Shown here in pieces: positions 21,601-32,730 of a stretch of 64,000 bases of DNA. The stretch comes from Paramoeba atlantica. Its lineage: Eukaryota; Protista; Discosea. The translations under genes and the position numbers were made by a program. The stretch is taken from positions 496,001 through 560,000 of the forward strand of contig CDRNVI010000012.1 of NCBI GenBank assembly GCA_977017575.1, read 5' to 3'. Position 1 is the first letter of the stretch, and the number at the start of each line of letters is the position of its first letter. Under the pieces are notes generated by a model. It saw only the letters and a program-made list of their open reading frames with translations, did no database searches and had not been told where the DNA came from.

Positions 21601-22685
21601 TATCTCGTCGCAGACAGGTACAGATGAATTGTCACAGGATTGAAGTTTAAAACTTCAAGTCAAAGTCTGCGTTTTAAGCGACTCAGAACAATGTAATTGT
21701 TTAAATATGGAATTCTAACCCCTGATTCTAACCAACATGTTCAGGTCAAAGCGCATTAGTAGAAAAGTATTCATGCAAATCATACAAGGCTGAAACAAAG
21801 GTATCATCACGTTAGAAAAATACTCCCCTTGGCACGAACCAAACTGAAATTCGCGAGTAAACAGTGCTGGATAAAAACAATGTAACCTTAAATTGGAACA
21901 TTCATTACGATGACCTTTTCATCCGTATCTCGTCGCAGACAGGTACAGATGAATTGTCACAGGATTGAAGTTTAAAACTTCAAGACAAAGTCTGCGTTTT
22001 AAGCGACTCAGAACAATGTAATTGTTTAAATATGGAATTCTAACCCCTGATTCTAACCAACATGTTCAGGTCAAAGCGCATTAGTAGAAAAGTATTCATG
22101 CAAATCATACAAGGCTGAAACAAAGGTATCATCACGTTAGAAAAATACTCCCCTTGGCACGAACCAAACTGAAATTCGCGAGTAAACAGTGCTGGATAAA
22201 AACAATGTAACCTTAAATTGGAACATTCATTACGATGACCTTTTCATCCGTATCTCGTCGCAGACAGGTACAGATGAATTGTCACAGGATTGAAGTTTAA
22301 AACTTCAAGACAAAGTCTGCGTTTTAAGCGACTCAGAACAATGTAATTGTTTAAATATGGAATTCTAACCCCTGATTCTAACCAACATGTTCAGGTCAAA
22401 GCGCATTAGTAGAAAAGTATTCATGCAAATCATACAAGGCTGAAACAAAAGTATCATCACGTTAGAAAAATACCCCCCTTGGCACGAACCAAACTGAAAT
22501 TCGCGAATAAACAGTGCTGGATAAAAACAATGTAACCTTTAAATTGGAACATTCATTACGATGACCTTTTCATCCGTATCTCGTCGCAGACAGGTACAGA
22601 TGCATTGCCACAGGATTGAAGTTTAAAACTTCAAGACAAAGTCTGCGTTTTAAGCGACTCAGAACAATGCAACTGTGTAAATATT
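21601..22685. repeat. 325-bp tandem repeat array (~3.3 near-identical copies)
   Basis: tatctcgtcgcagacaggtacag recurs at 21601, 21926, 22251 and 22577 (period 325/325/326). Confidence 0.95.
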
Positions 22686-23218
22686 GTTTTGTCATGCATT
22701 CATAGTGCAGAGATAAGCCCCACAGTGTCCTTAGCCGCATACGACAGGTGGATCAAGTGGGGGTTCGTCCTCGCCGGAGGGGTACGGGTGCGGAGAGCTG
22801 ACGTCCCAGGTGCAGAGAGCTCGGTTGTCATGTGCAGGTGCAGAGAGCCGGATGCGCAATACCCATATTACAGTTTCGGGGGCAATACGGGTACAGAGAG
22901 CTGCGACAGAGCCGAGGTGCGGAGAGCTGGGTGACCGCCAGGTGCAGAGAGCCGGGAGGCTCGTGGGCGGAGGACACGTCTAGTGGTCCTCAAGGGAGGC
23001 CACCGTGACGCATTGCCTCCTCGGAAAGGCAGGCACGGGAGAAAGAGAAGCCGAGAGAGGGAAGCACACTCACTCCAGGGGGTGAGTCGGGAAGGGGTGA
23101 AGGGGTGGAAGCGCGTGCCCTGCTTCAACAATATAGAGGGACAGTTTCAGGTTTAGTGCCGGCCGGCAAAGGGCATAGAAATACAGTATGCCCGTTGCCG
23201 GGGAAAGAAAGGATGAAC
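22684..23218. mobile_element. ~535-bp GC-rich dispersed element inserted in the 325-bp array (copy 1)
   Basis: Colinear with 49734..50267; internal ggtgc(a/g)gagagc repeats; 15-bp stem at 23163..23201; the array resumes at ~23255. Confidence 0.85.
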
Positions 23219-23254
23219 TAAGGAAAAAGTACCAACAAGGTCCAAAAACTGTAT

Positions 23255-23680
23255 TGGAATTCTAATCCTTGTGCAATCAACATGTTCAAGTCAAAGCGCA
23301 TTAGTAGAAAAGTATTCATGCAAATCATACAAGGCTGAAACAAAAGTATCATCACGTTAGACAAATATCCCCCTTAGCAGGAACCTACTATGCACTACTA
23401 CTATACCAATACACTACTGCATGGGGAAAAAGAAATTGCAGAACGATTCAATGAAAACTATTCTACATTTCGCGCTAAATCGTGAGGAACAAGAAACTCG
23501 CGAGTGAAAGTAGTGCTGGATAAAAACAATGTAGCTTTTAAATTCGCACATTCATTACGATGACCTTTTCATCGCTATCTCGTCGCAGACAGGTACAGAT
23601 GCATTGTCACAGGATTGAAGTTTAAACTTCAAGACAAAGTCTGTGTTTTAAGCGACTCAGAACAATGCAACTGTGTAAAT
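23255..23680. repeat. Diverged continuation of the 325-bp repeat family (further pieces at ~25909..26297 and ~26666..26790)
   Basis: Same ggaattcta...gtcaaagcgcattagtagaaaagtattcatgc and tatctcgtcgcagacaggtacag blocks. Confidence 0.9.
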
Positions 23681-24186
23681 AATTTTTATTGAGGGAGATA
23701 CCACTCCCTCGCTATCCTCTGGCCCGAAATTTCGCCTCGACAAAAACATTTCCGGAAAAAAAATCGCTAAGAATCAAAGGCAACACCACAAATACCAATA
23801 ATTTGCACCAGTGAGAAACCCCTTCTCCGGATGTTGGCGATACTAGGCTCGGAGGGTAACGTAAAGAAATATGAGTTTCAAACCCAGCCCCTTGGAATGA
23901 GAATCCCTCGGCAAGGTGTCTCTCGTGTGTTCTCGATCAAAACGAAACTCAGTTATTGTATGTGAAGCCGGGTTTTGCTTATTATGATATTTCTTCATGT
24001 GTGTTCCGATATCGCTTAGTGATTGTTTTCAATAGCATGTTGGGTTAAGCCTGAAAGCTCCCCTGGTAGAAACTTGAGCTTTATGATACGGTCGGCTTTT
24101 TTCTATGCTTATCAGGCAGGTTCTCGGGATATGCAACATGTTCGCTCCAAGTGGAGATACCATAAGGAAGATCACGATAATTGTCA

Positions 24187-24637
24187 TCAATAAGCTTTAA
24201 AGGGACTTTCATAAGATCTAGGGGATGGACCGGCCACGTCGCCAGTGCAATTAAATCGTTCCACCCAGAGTTTCACAGTTCCCTCGTGGACACCAAAATT
24301 TTGGGCAGTCCGGGAATAAGACTCTGTTTTCTCAAAGTCCGCCACAAGAAGCATCATGTGACTTTCCATAATCTTCCCTGGTGAGGCATAAAACACCACG
24401 GGAAGCCCTTGAACGAACTCGCTTTTGAGGCATGAAACGGGGAAAAAACAAAAAATTGCCATATTTTCACAGGAAAAAAATACTCTTTTTGTCATCAGGT
24501 TAAATCTTTCAAGTCAAGCGTTCCGAATACGCCAAAGACATACAACCCTGCGAGAGCTCTCCAATGCGCTATTATTTCAAAAAATTGAGCAAATTTTACA
24601 AATTTTAGACCCCCCTAGATGGAAGTTTTCACCCCTG
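24187..24637 (-). mobile_element. Left end of a Tc1/mariner element (TA|CAGGGGT TIR) with an N-terminal HTH remnant
   Basis: TIR ending acccctg|ta at 24637; SYSRTAQNFGVHEGTVKLWVERFNCTGDV is a Tc1-type HTH; shares the aatagcgcatt(c/g)gagagctct core with 31792, 34430 and 63183. Confidence 0.7.
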
Positions 24638-25114
24638 TATGGAATGTATATGCAACATAAGGCGTTGTTCAGGAAAATAAGAATCGAACATCTTCCTTTT
24701 ATTCAGCACCTACCAGACAATATCTTAACAAAGGGGGTAAATTTGCTTCCTTTATTGCTCCGGAAAAGATTACCTCTCCAATGCAATAAATAGAACAGAT
24801 AAAAAATCTTAGGTGATTAGTTAAGCTTAACCCGGGTCCAATGCTTATAACTGAGTTTCATTTTGCTCGAGAACACTTGAAAGACACTAGCATCCGAAAT
24901 TTTCTGATTGGGCACGTAAGGATCCCGCTTTGTAATGTTTTCAAAAATAAAAACATTGAAACATTTTATATGAGTTTACCTGATTTTGGTGCAGCCTCTT
25001 GCTACAAAAGAACAAGATTACTTTTGACTTATATTATCTTGTTCTTCTATGCCTACACCGAGAGCTTTGAGAAACACTACACCCGACTCAGTCTAAACCT
25101 CAAACGAAGCTCTT

Positions 25115-25700
25115 TTGTCTAAAACTGGTAACGAGTGCTTCATAAATGAGGGCAACGTCATGAAATGCACCATATGCGATACTGAAGTTCATTCGAGAAG
25201 ACTACCAGAACATTTAACTTCAAAAAGGCATGTGAAAAATACTACACCCGACCCTCCTCAAACTTTAAGCGAAACTAAGAGAGACATTATGGAAGAAGAT
25301 GTTTCATGCAACGAAGAACTGGTAGATGAAAAATCAAATTATGAAGTTTCTGACCAATCAGAGAAAGATCCCAGGGAAGTCGTCAGGATATTTTTAAAAG
25401 ATTCACCTTTTTTCACTCGCGACTGGAGAAACATTATTCAACTCTGCGCAAGTAAAATAAAATCAGGTTGCATTCGCAAATATAAAGAGCGTTACGATAG
25501 CCTTGGCAGTTTTGCTTGTGGAGCCTGCGGAATATTACAGGAATCAACTGCTGCACTAAATCGTATTGACTTGTCCGAATGATCAGTACTTCAAGAGGAG
25601 AAAAATCCTGTAATGAGCCACATCGATATTAGCGTAAGACACATGCCCCTTGTAAATGAATCGTACTATCACGTAAACAATAACCTTTTGGAACACCAAG
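25115..25700 (+). pseudogene. Zinc-finger ORF remnant (matrin/U1-type C2H2 plus a CGACG motif), probably TE-derived
   Basis: CTICDTEVHSRRLPEHLTSKRH; FACGACG; an in-frame TGA at 25580 followed by open sequence up to the MITE at 25694; opposite strand to host genes. Confidence 0.5.
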
Positions 25701-25877
25701 GTAATGTGGACGAGGGAGATACCAATAGTGTAGGTGCGGCAGTTTTCCACAGGACAAACGGCATCTCTACCTTTTTAGGCGTCTGTCTTCAATTCCATAA
25801 GGGAAATGCCGTTTTTCCTGCGGGAAACTGCCGCACCTACACTATTGGTATCTCCCTCGTCCACTTTACCCAGGGTT
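25694..25877. mobile_element. Fold-back MITE with ~75-bp arms (gtggacgagggagatac family)
   Basis: gtggacgagggagataccaatagtgtaggtgcggcagttt and its reverse complement; same terminal motif as 59372..59564. Confidence 0.8.
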
Positions 25878-26839
25878 GGATATTTTTTAGAAATACGGAA
25901 GTCTGCACGGAATTCTAATCCTTGTGTAACCAACATGTTCAGGTCAAAGCGCATTAGTAGAAAAGTATTCATGCAAATCATACAAGGCTGAAACAAAGGT
26001 ATCATCACGTTAGAAAAAGAGATTCCTTTAGCACGAACCAATGAACTACTACTGTACTAATACACAAAGAGAGTTTGCAGAACGATTCAATGAAAACTAT
26101 TCTACATTTCGCATTACATAATGAGGAACACGAGACTCGCGAGTGAAAGTAGGATATAAACAATGTAGCTTTTAAATTCGCACATTCATTACGATGATTT
26201 TTTCATCAGTATCTCGTCGCAGACAGGTACAGATGCATTGTCACAGGATTGAATTTTAAACTTCAAGACAAAGTCTGCGTTTTAAGCGACTCGCAACAGT
26301 ATAAAGATTGAATAACCATCACTTTCATTGATTATTTATTCGAGCTAATAGTTCTATCCGATTATTTCAAGATCGTGGGAATTCGACTAAGAATGGACCC
26401 TCCTCAGTCGGGTGGTAACGATCCTGCTTGAGCACCAAATATGTTCAGCACCAACTAAGTATGTTATGAAAGCTCTTGAAGAGCAAAAAACAAAGTCATA
26501 AATATATGATATTTTATAATTTTCATAATCTCTCTTCAGAACCTTTGACTTGCCATTTAAAGAACCCAAGAAGAGATAGAGTAGACAATGAGGAAGACGA
26601 AACATGTGAGAGAAAAATACGCAGAATAAAAACGAAGCTACTCATACATTTTCACATTTCGATTACCTTTTCATCGGTATCTCGTCGCAGACAGGTACAG
26701 ATACATTGTCACAGGATTGAAGTTTAAAACTTCAAGACAAAGTCTGCGTTTTAAGCGACTCGCAACCGTGCAAAGATGGAATTCTACCCCTCGAATAACC
26801 ATCACTTCTATTGATTACCTGTACACCGAACACACCCTC

Positions 26840-28708
26840 CTAGCCTCCTCCCAGCATCCTCGTCGCCTCCCCATACACCCTTTCATACCTCTCTGGACGT
26901 TGTGCGAGATGGAATGCGTAGCTCACCGCACCTGCGGCATGCATGGAGAAACTAAACTGTTTTCGTCTCATGTGCAGCGCGAGGCGAAGGGCGAGGCCCC
27001 ACTGCGCGCCCTGGGCTGCGCCCCCGATGACGAGATTCCCCGCGAGGTTACTGGAAAGTCCCCTCCAGTGGGTGTAGACCCAGAGGTGGTGCCTCCACTG
27101 TTGTTCCCTTAGCAATAAATACTGTATCTCGAGCTGTTGTTTAAGGGAGAGAAGTACATGTGGGTGTTGTTGTTGTTGTTTTAACTTATTATTATTATGA
27201 TTATGAAAACAATCGTTTAAAAGGTTAGAATACAAAGCAAAAGCGGGCTGCCAGCGTTGGCCCGCGAGACACTGCTGGACGAGGGTTTGGAGGGTTCTGT
27301 GGTGGGGGGTTACGTTCCGGTGGGTCATGAGGGTGTAGGTCGCGAGGGCTTGTCGCCATTGGGTGGGGGTACAGCTGGAGATGAGGAGGTCATAGCCCAG
27401 GCCGTGAGCGGTGTGGCTGGCGTCGTCCATCCAGGATTGAGAGGAGATGCGTGAGGTGTTGTCAAGAGCGCAGAGGGCAAGGATTTGGGATGGGGAAGAG
27501 GAGGAGGAGGAGGAGGAGGAGGCAGAGACCAGTCGAAACGCGGCTAATGTCACGACCCAGTCCTGTTGGGAGGTAGCGGAGTGTAGAATATCCCAGAAGG
27601 TAGTACTGGCGTGAAATGGGGCGTATTTAGCAAGGAAACGAAACCCTTTGCGCCAGTGGGTCCCGGAGAAAAGCAGTGCGGCGATACGACTCAACCAGTT
27701 GGAGGGGATCCCGGACGCGACGTCGGAGAAACTTTTGAGCACACGCAACGCGGCGTCCCAATGACCGGTCTTAATTCCGAGGCATACCATCATCGCAAGT
27801 GTCTCGGAGTCCAGCGCAATGCCTTGACAGACCACCTGATGAAGGGATTGAAACGCAGCCGCCCATGACCCCCGAGATAAGTACTCGGGAAGGGACACAG
27901 GAAGCGAGATGGATTGCCCCTCAGAGAGGTGGAGCATGTCGCTTTTTCGCAGAATCGCCGACAGAATAGCAGGGGAAATGCGTTGTTGAAAGGAGGCCTC
28001 ACGGAGACACTCAATGAGTTGTTTGGGAGGAAGAGGAATTCGTCGCTTGATGGCCCATTGTACCACAGCGGTTGTATTGTGTGGGGATAATACACCAAGG
28101 AGTGGAGGCCGGGGTGGTCGTATTTGTGTGTAATATTTCAACGCCTCCGTCCACAGACCGGTGCATGTACAGCTATGATAGAGCAGCTCGCTATCTTGCG
28201 AGTTGATTTGTTTAGGAGGGTGAGTACGAAGTAACTTCAGGAGAATCATGAGTAGCGGTGCGATTTGTTTAAGTGTGCCCTCATATAGTCGATGTCGCAG
28301 CAAGGCCAATAAACTAACACAAGCGTATTTTGAAAATGCTGCAGCATGCCCTAAGAAAAGCACGTACGACAATGCGCTTTCCCCATGTATCATAGCTAAC
28401 GCCCGGGACCATATGGAGTCCATCGATTCTCTTTTCAACTCGGTTTCAATAAATCGGATACATGAGAGTGCTGAAATCCAGCATTCATCTTGTAGAAGAG
28501 GTAGGCAGAGGTAGCGTTGCAAAATGTGGGCGAATTTATCGTCCTCCTTGTCCGTCTCCGCGCAAGCCCGGTGCAGCGACGTGGCACACAAGGCAACATC
28601 CTCCACGCTTGTGGGAGGAACAATACGGCAGACAGTAGCAAGGGCGTAAAGGTGCTCTTTGGTCTCCTCGAGCTCTTCTGATGGGTCAACCACGGGCTTA
28701 TTGCACAT
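26840..28708 (-). CDS. PPR-like helical-repeat protein
   Basis: Recurring W..A(L/F) helices: GLWTEAL, GSWAAAF, GHWDAAL, TQWRQAL, QRWQPAF, AQWGLAL. Confidence 0.78.
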   Translation of the reverse strand: MCNKPVVDPSEELEETKEHLYALATVCRIVPPTSVEDVALCATSLHRACAETDKEDDKFAHILQRYLCLPLLQDECWISALSCIRFIETELKRESMDSIWSRALAMIHGESALSYVLFLGHAAAFSKYACVSLLALLRHRLYEGTLKQIAPLLMILLKLLRTHPPKQINSQDSELLYHSCTCTGLWTEALKYYTQIRPPRPPLLGVLSPHNTTAVVQWAIKRRIPLPPKQLIECLREASFQQRISPAILSAILRKSDMLHLSEGQSISLPVSLPEYLSRGSWAAAFQSLHQVVCQGIALDSETLAMMVCLGIKTGHWDAALRVLKSFSDVASGIPSNWLSRIAALLFSGTHWRKGFRFLAKYAPFHASTTFWDILHSATSQQDWVVTLAAFRLVSASSSSSSSSSPSQILALCALDNTSRISSQSWMDDASHTAHGLGYDLLISSCTPTQWRQALATYTLMTHRNVTPHHRTLQTLVQQCLAGQRWQPAFALYSNLLNDCFHNHNNNKLKQQQQHPHVLLSLKQQLEIQYLLLREQQWRHHLWVYTHWRGLSSNLAGNLVIGGAAQGAQWGLALRLALHMRRKQFSFSMHAAGAVSYAFHLAQRPERYERVYGEATRMLGGG

Positions 28709-29278
28709 AAGACAAAAATTGGTCGTATGGTGTAACGCCCGCGGCGTTGACCGCCATTTCAGAAAACTCTTTTTGGTAACGGCAAACGTTTCCGTCCCTT
28801 GATTGCCTCCTCTCTTCTTCGGTTAGTGTTCCGGATAGCATGAATCATGGTGAAGCGGCAAAAAAAATTGTACAACTTACATGTATATTGAGTTCAGCCG
28901 CGTTAAAAAGTTCTTGAGCAAGAACGAAAATGAGAGTGCAATATAAATAATATCTCGTTGTATCCAAATAAAGAATCAAAGAAAAAATAATACTGTCGTG
29001 ATAAATGCGCACCACAACTACGAGAGTTATTGACTGTCCTGAATAGAATACCGAACTATTCGTATATTCTATTAGAGACTTCTTGCAGAAATATTATCTA
29101 CCCGCTACGTGGAATGCCGTCATATGGGGTACAATACAACGGCCTTTACTCAACGTTATCCCATTCACACCCCATTGATCTACTCTATCTAAATGAGCGG
29201 GATGCACTAAAAGCCACAAGAGCCGTAATCAGGATCACAACCTTGTTCCACGAAACCTCACACCCCAACCCCTTGTTT

Positions 29279-31648
29279 TCACGTCACCAACGTCACCTCA
29301 TCCCCCCTCTCGTTCTCATTCTCCGTCAGAATCACACTCCCCGCCTCATGGGCCTGTTTCAACGCCTGCGCAACCTGCACCAGTGAAATTCCCCCATGTT
29401 GGACCTCATTATGAACCTCATGCAGCGGAAACGTCACCACCCCCGAATTCTGATACAACGAACTTAACGCCCCCATAACCTCTGCCATAACCTCGGGTTC
29501 TACCCCCCTAACCCCCCCCTCTACCCCCCTCCCCCCTCCAGAACTCCCCTCCTCCCCATCTCCCCTCCCCCCTTTCCCTTCCCCCCTCCCCCCCTCCCCC
29601 ACCCCCTCTTTTCTCTTCTCCTTCCCTCCCCCCCTCCTCCCCCCCCACTCCGCCATCTCCCCGACCCTCTCCTCCCTCGCACTCACCGTGGCGTTCACAC
29701 TCCCCCTCACCAGCCCGTACCCCACCCCCACGTCCTCCACCCCCACCACGGGGCTCATCCGGAGCCGGGCGTGGGCGGTGGAGAGCCGGATCAGGGACTC
29801 CAGGGTTCGCGGGGAGACGTGGAGGACGTCCTTCTTGTCGGCCTCGGGTAGCGGGCCCTGGGCCCTTCGCAGCTCCGAGTAGAGTTCGGAGACCAGGGCG
29901 ACGGCGGGGGGGGAGAGGAGGGGGTGGAGCTGCCGCGCCTTGTGGAGGTATTTGCGTAGGAGGGGGAGGGGGAGGAGGGAGGGTTTGTGCCAGGGGTTGG
30001 GGAGGTCGTGGGGGGAAGGGGGAGAGGAGGAGGAGGAAGAAGAGGAAGAGGGGGTTTCGTTTTGTAAGGGGAAGGCGGTCATGTGGTTGGTAAGGACGTG
30101 GGAGGCGAGGGAACGGGTGTGGACGGTCCCGCGACGGTCAAGGATGAGAAAGGTGAGGTCGAAACGGGAGAGGAGAGACTCGGGGAGGCCGAGGTTTGTC
30201 CCGAGGGAGTGGGCGGTGGAGTAGTACCCGAAGAGGGGGTTGGCAGCCGCGAGGACGGAACACCGGGCGTTGATACTGGCGTGGATTCCGGCCTTCGCGA
30301 TGGTAATGGTTTGCTGCTCCATCGCTTCGTGCATGGCCACCCGGTCTTGGGGACTCATTTTATCGAATTCGTCAATCAGAAGCACGCCGCGATCAGCGAG
30401 GACCATCGCCCCCGCACACAGCGTGCGTTCCTTCGAATCCGCATCCTGCATCACCGCCGCCGTGAGCCCCACCCCTGTGGATCCCCGCCCTGTGGTGTGA
30501 ATCGCCGTCGGCGCTAGCGCATACACAAACCGCATCAACTGCGATTTCGCCGTCGCGGGTTCCCCCACAAGCAGTACGTTAATATCCCCACGAATATGTG
30601 AATCCTTCACATGACGTTCCACCCCACCCGCAAGCATCAACAAAATCCCTTTCTTCTCCTCCGTCCGTCCATGCACACTCGGGGCCACACTCTCCGCCAA
30701 CACCTCCAACACATCCCCTCGGGCCGCGATTCGCGCAATCACCTCCTCTTCCTCCTCCGAGATTGCATTTTCCCCCTCCTTCTCCCCGATATTCCCCCGG
30801 TACGGGGTAATCCCTTTCGCCAGCAGCACGGCATCAAAATCCTTCCTCCCTACCCTATCCCGGACATAGGGCTGGTGCACCCCCACCACCACCACCTTAT
30901 CCCCGCTCTTCACCACGTCCACCAAGTCCTCCTCGGCGCGGACCTCCACGCTTCGGGGGAGCTGTCCCGGGGGGGTGGACTCCGGGGACTCCTGCAGGGT
31001 GAACCGCTGAACGTCCTGGTAGGTGGAGAGTCCAAACTCGGTTCGGAGGAGATGCCCGAGGTTGTCCTTGGTGGGCATGTGGTTAATGACGGGGAGGGTG
31101 TCGTTCTCTAGGGAGGGGGCCACGCTGTCACGGTAGCTGCGGGAGGTGTAGCGGGAGGTGGTGGGGCAGTAGTGGGTGGTGTGGAGGACGCGGCAGCGGG
31201 GGAGGGCGACTTTGGTGACGATGCCACGGACCGAGACGAGGTGGGTGGCGCAGGAGGCGGTGAGGTCACGGGGGGAGAGGGTGGGGCCGGCGAGACCGCG
31301 GAGACCGATGCGGAGGGAGGGGGAGGGGGAGAGATTTTGGGTTTTGGATTTGGTAAATGGGGGGGTGTGGCGTTGGGTGAGCTCGGTGAGGGCCATCTCG
31401 AAGAGGGGGAGACAGAGGTTGGGGTTTTCTAAAAGGTCGTGACCGAGGGAGCGGCCACGGTCTTTGTCGGCGGCGGTGGGGTAGAAATCGAGGAGGTCTT
31501 CGAGGTCGACGAGGAGACGGGAACGGCCGAGCTGAAGGGTCTCGTTCATGCGGCGAGCGTAACGTTCCTCGACGTGGTCCCAGTTGAGGAAGTCGAGGAA
31601 GTGTCGACGTAGGGTGGTTTGTTCATCGGTTAAAATGCGTCGGTTCAT
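29279..31648 (-). CDS. MCM3: DNA replication licensing factor MCM3
   Basis: HYCP (no full Zn finger), IRGDINVLLVGEPATAKSQL, TTGRGSTGVGLTAAV, LADRGVLLIDEFDKM, HEAMEQQTITIAKAGIHASINARCSVLAAANP, SRFDL, PRTLESLIRLSTAHARLR. Confidence 0.93.
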   Translation of the reverse strand: MNRRILTDEQTTLRRHFLDFLNWDHVEERYARRMNETLQLGRSRLLVDLEDLLDFYPTAADKDRGRSLGHDLLENPNLCLPLFEMALTELTQRHTPPFTKSKTQNLSPSPSLRIGLRGLAGPTLSPRDLTASCATHLVSVRGIVTKVALPRCRVLHTTHYCPTTSRYTSRSYRDSVAPSLENDTLPVINHMPTKDNLGHLLRTEFGLSTYQDVQRFTLQESPESTPPGQLPRSVEVRAEEDLVDVVKSGDKVVVVGVHQPYVRDRVGRKDFDAVLLAKGITPYRGNIGEKEGENAISEEEEEVIARIAARGDVLEVLAESVAPSVHGRTEEKKGILLMLAGGVERHVKDSHIRGDINVLLVGEPATAKSQLMRFVYALAPTAIHTTGRGSTGVGLTAAVMQDADSKERTLCAGAMVLADRGVLLIDEFDKMSPQDRVAMHEAMEQQTITIAKAGIHASINARCSVLAAANPLFGYYSTAHSLGTNLGLPESLLSRFDLTFLILDRRGTVHTRSLASHVLTNHMTAFPLQNETPSSSSSSSSSPPSPHDLPNPWHKPSLLPLPLLRKYLHKARQLHPLLSPPAVALVSELYSELRRAQGPLPEADKKDVLHVSPRTLESLIRLSTAHARLRMSPVVGVEDVGVGYGLVRGSVNATVSAREERVGEMAEWGGRRGGGKEKRKEGVGEGGRGEGKGGRGDGEEGSSGGGRGVEGGVRGVEPEVMAEVMGALSSLYQNSGVVTFPLHEVHNEVQHGGISLVQVAQALKQAHEAGSVILTENENERGDEVTLVT

Positions 31649-31791
31649 GGAGAACTGGAGAGGGTGTGCGTGGTGTTGTGAGACAGAAATGTATGTGGTC
31701 CCTAGGAAAGGAACATTGATGAAGACAAGATGTCGTAAAAGATAACCTCGAAAGAAAATGCACTGAAAGGTGGAGAAAGTTCTTTTATATA

Positions 31792-32491
31792 CAGGGGTAT
31801 AAATTTGGATGTGGGGTTTCTAAATTTTGAAAAACTTAGCCAATTTATATAAGCTAATAGCGCATTCGAGAGCTCTTGAACAGGAATCATGAACGTGCAT
31901 GATCATGAACGGCATCTGCGTTAATTAGATTTTCAAGTTTTTTGGGAGACAAAATCTTGCATTTTCCAGTTTTTTTGTTTTCCCCCCTGATTCATGCTAC
32001 AAAGACGGGACGGTGGACGATCGCCCGAATATAAAGACTACAAAAGGGATTATTCTTCGCCTGGGCAAGTTGGCGCATACTTCTTGTTGCCGATTACGAA
32101 ACAACACAATCATTTTGGCGTTGAAAATTTATGGTCCATAGTGAACGACTTCAAAAATGGTTGAGCCCCTCGGAATCGTGCAGATTTCATCATTCCAATC
32201 GAAAGTGTTTCAAGGCCCCTCAAAGCGCTGTGAAGAGCTTTCGAAAGCGATGCCGTATTGTGAATGGAAAGAACGGCCATAATTGCGATTCTTAATTATT
32301 TTTTTCGATATTTGCTATTGCTTTAGAAAGTACAAATCGTATTGGGCACGTTGTCGAGGGGGAAATACTCCCTTGTGTCTAGTTCGGCTATGTTCGGTGC
32401 ATGAGCCCTGTTCGAGAGCTCTCGAATGCGCTATTATTTTCCAAAATTGGTCAAGTTTTGGATCCCCCCCACATCCAAATTTACACCCCTG
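31792..32491. mobile_element. Non-autonomous Tc1/mariner element, 700 bp, ~100-bp imperfect TIRs, TA TSD
   Basis: ta|caggggtataaatttggatgtgggg...aatagcgcattcgagagctct mirrored by agagctctcgaatgcgctatt...ccccacatccaaatttacacccctg|ta. Confidence 0.88.
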
Positions 32492-32730
32492 TAAGTTGTA
32501 GATTTGGGCGTACCTTGTAGGTTTGAGTACGGAAAAATAGCGCTCGTACGCAGTGCTCGAATTTTTCTCTCTCGGATCGTAATTCACATTCTTCCTATGT
32601 GCATTTTCATTAGGAAAACTTCTATGATTTATATTTCACAGAAGAAATCGTTTGTCATTTACTTACGGGTTTCGTTGTGTTTTCGTTCTCATAGAATAAA
32701 TGATGCTCCTACATCGCTAGCTCATGCGTC

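Noticed and set aside
21601-22685. 325-bp array as a spliced-leader RNA or 5S gene array
   Set aside because: Only a tctgtac fragment resembles SL; no TTG|GTA junction and no recognisable 5S sequence.
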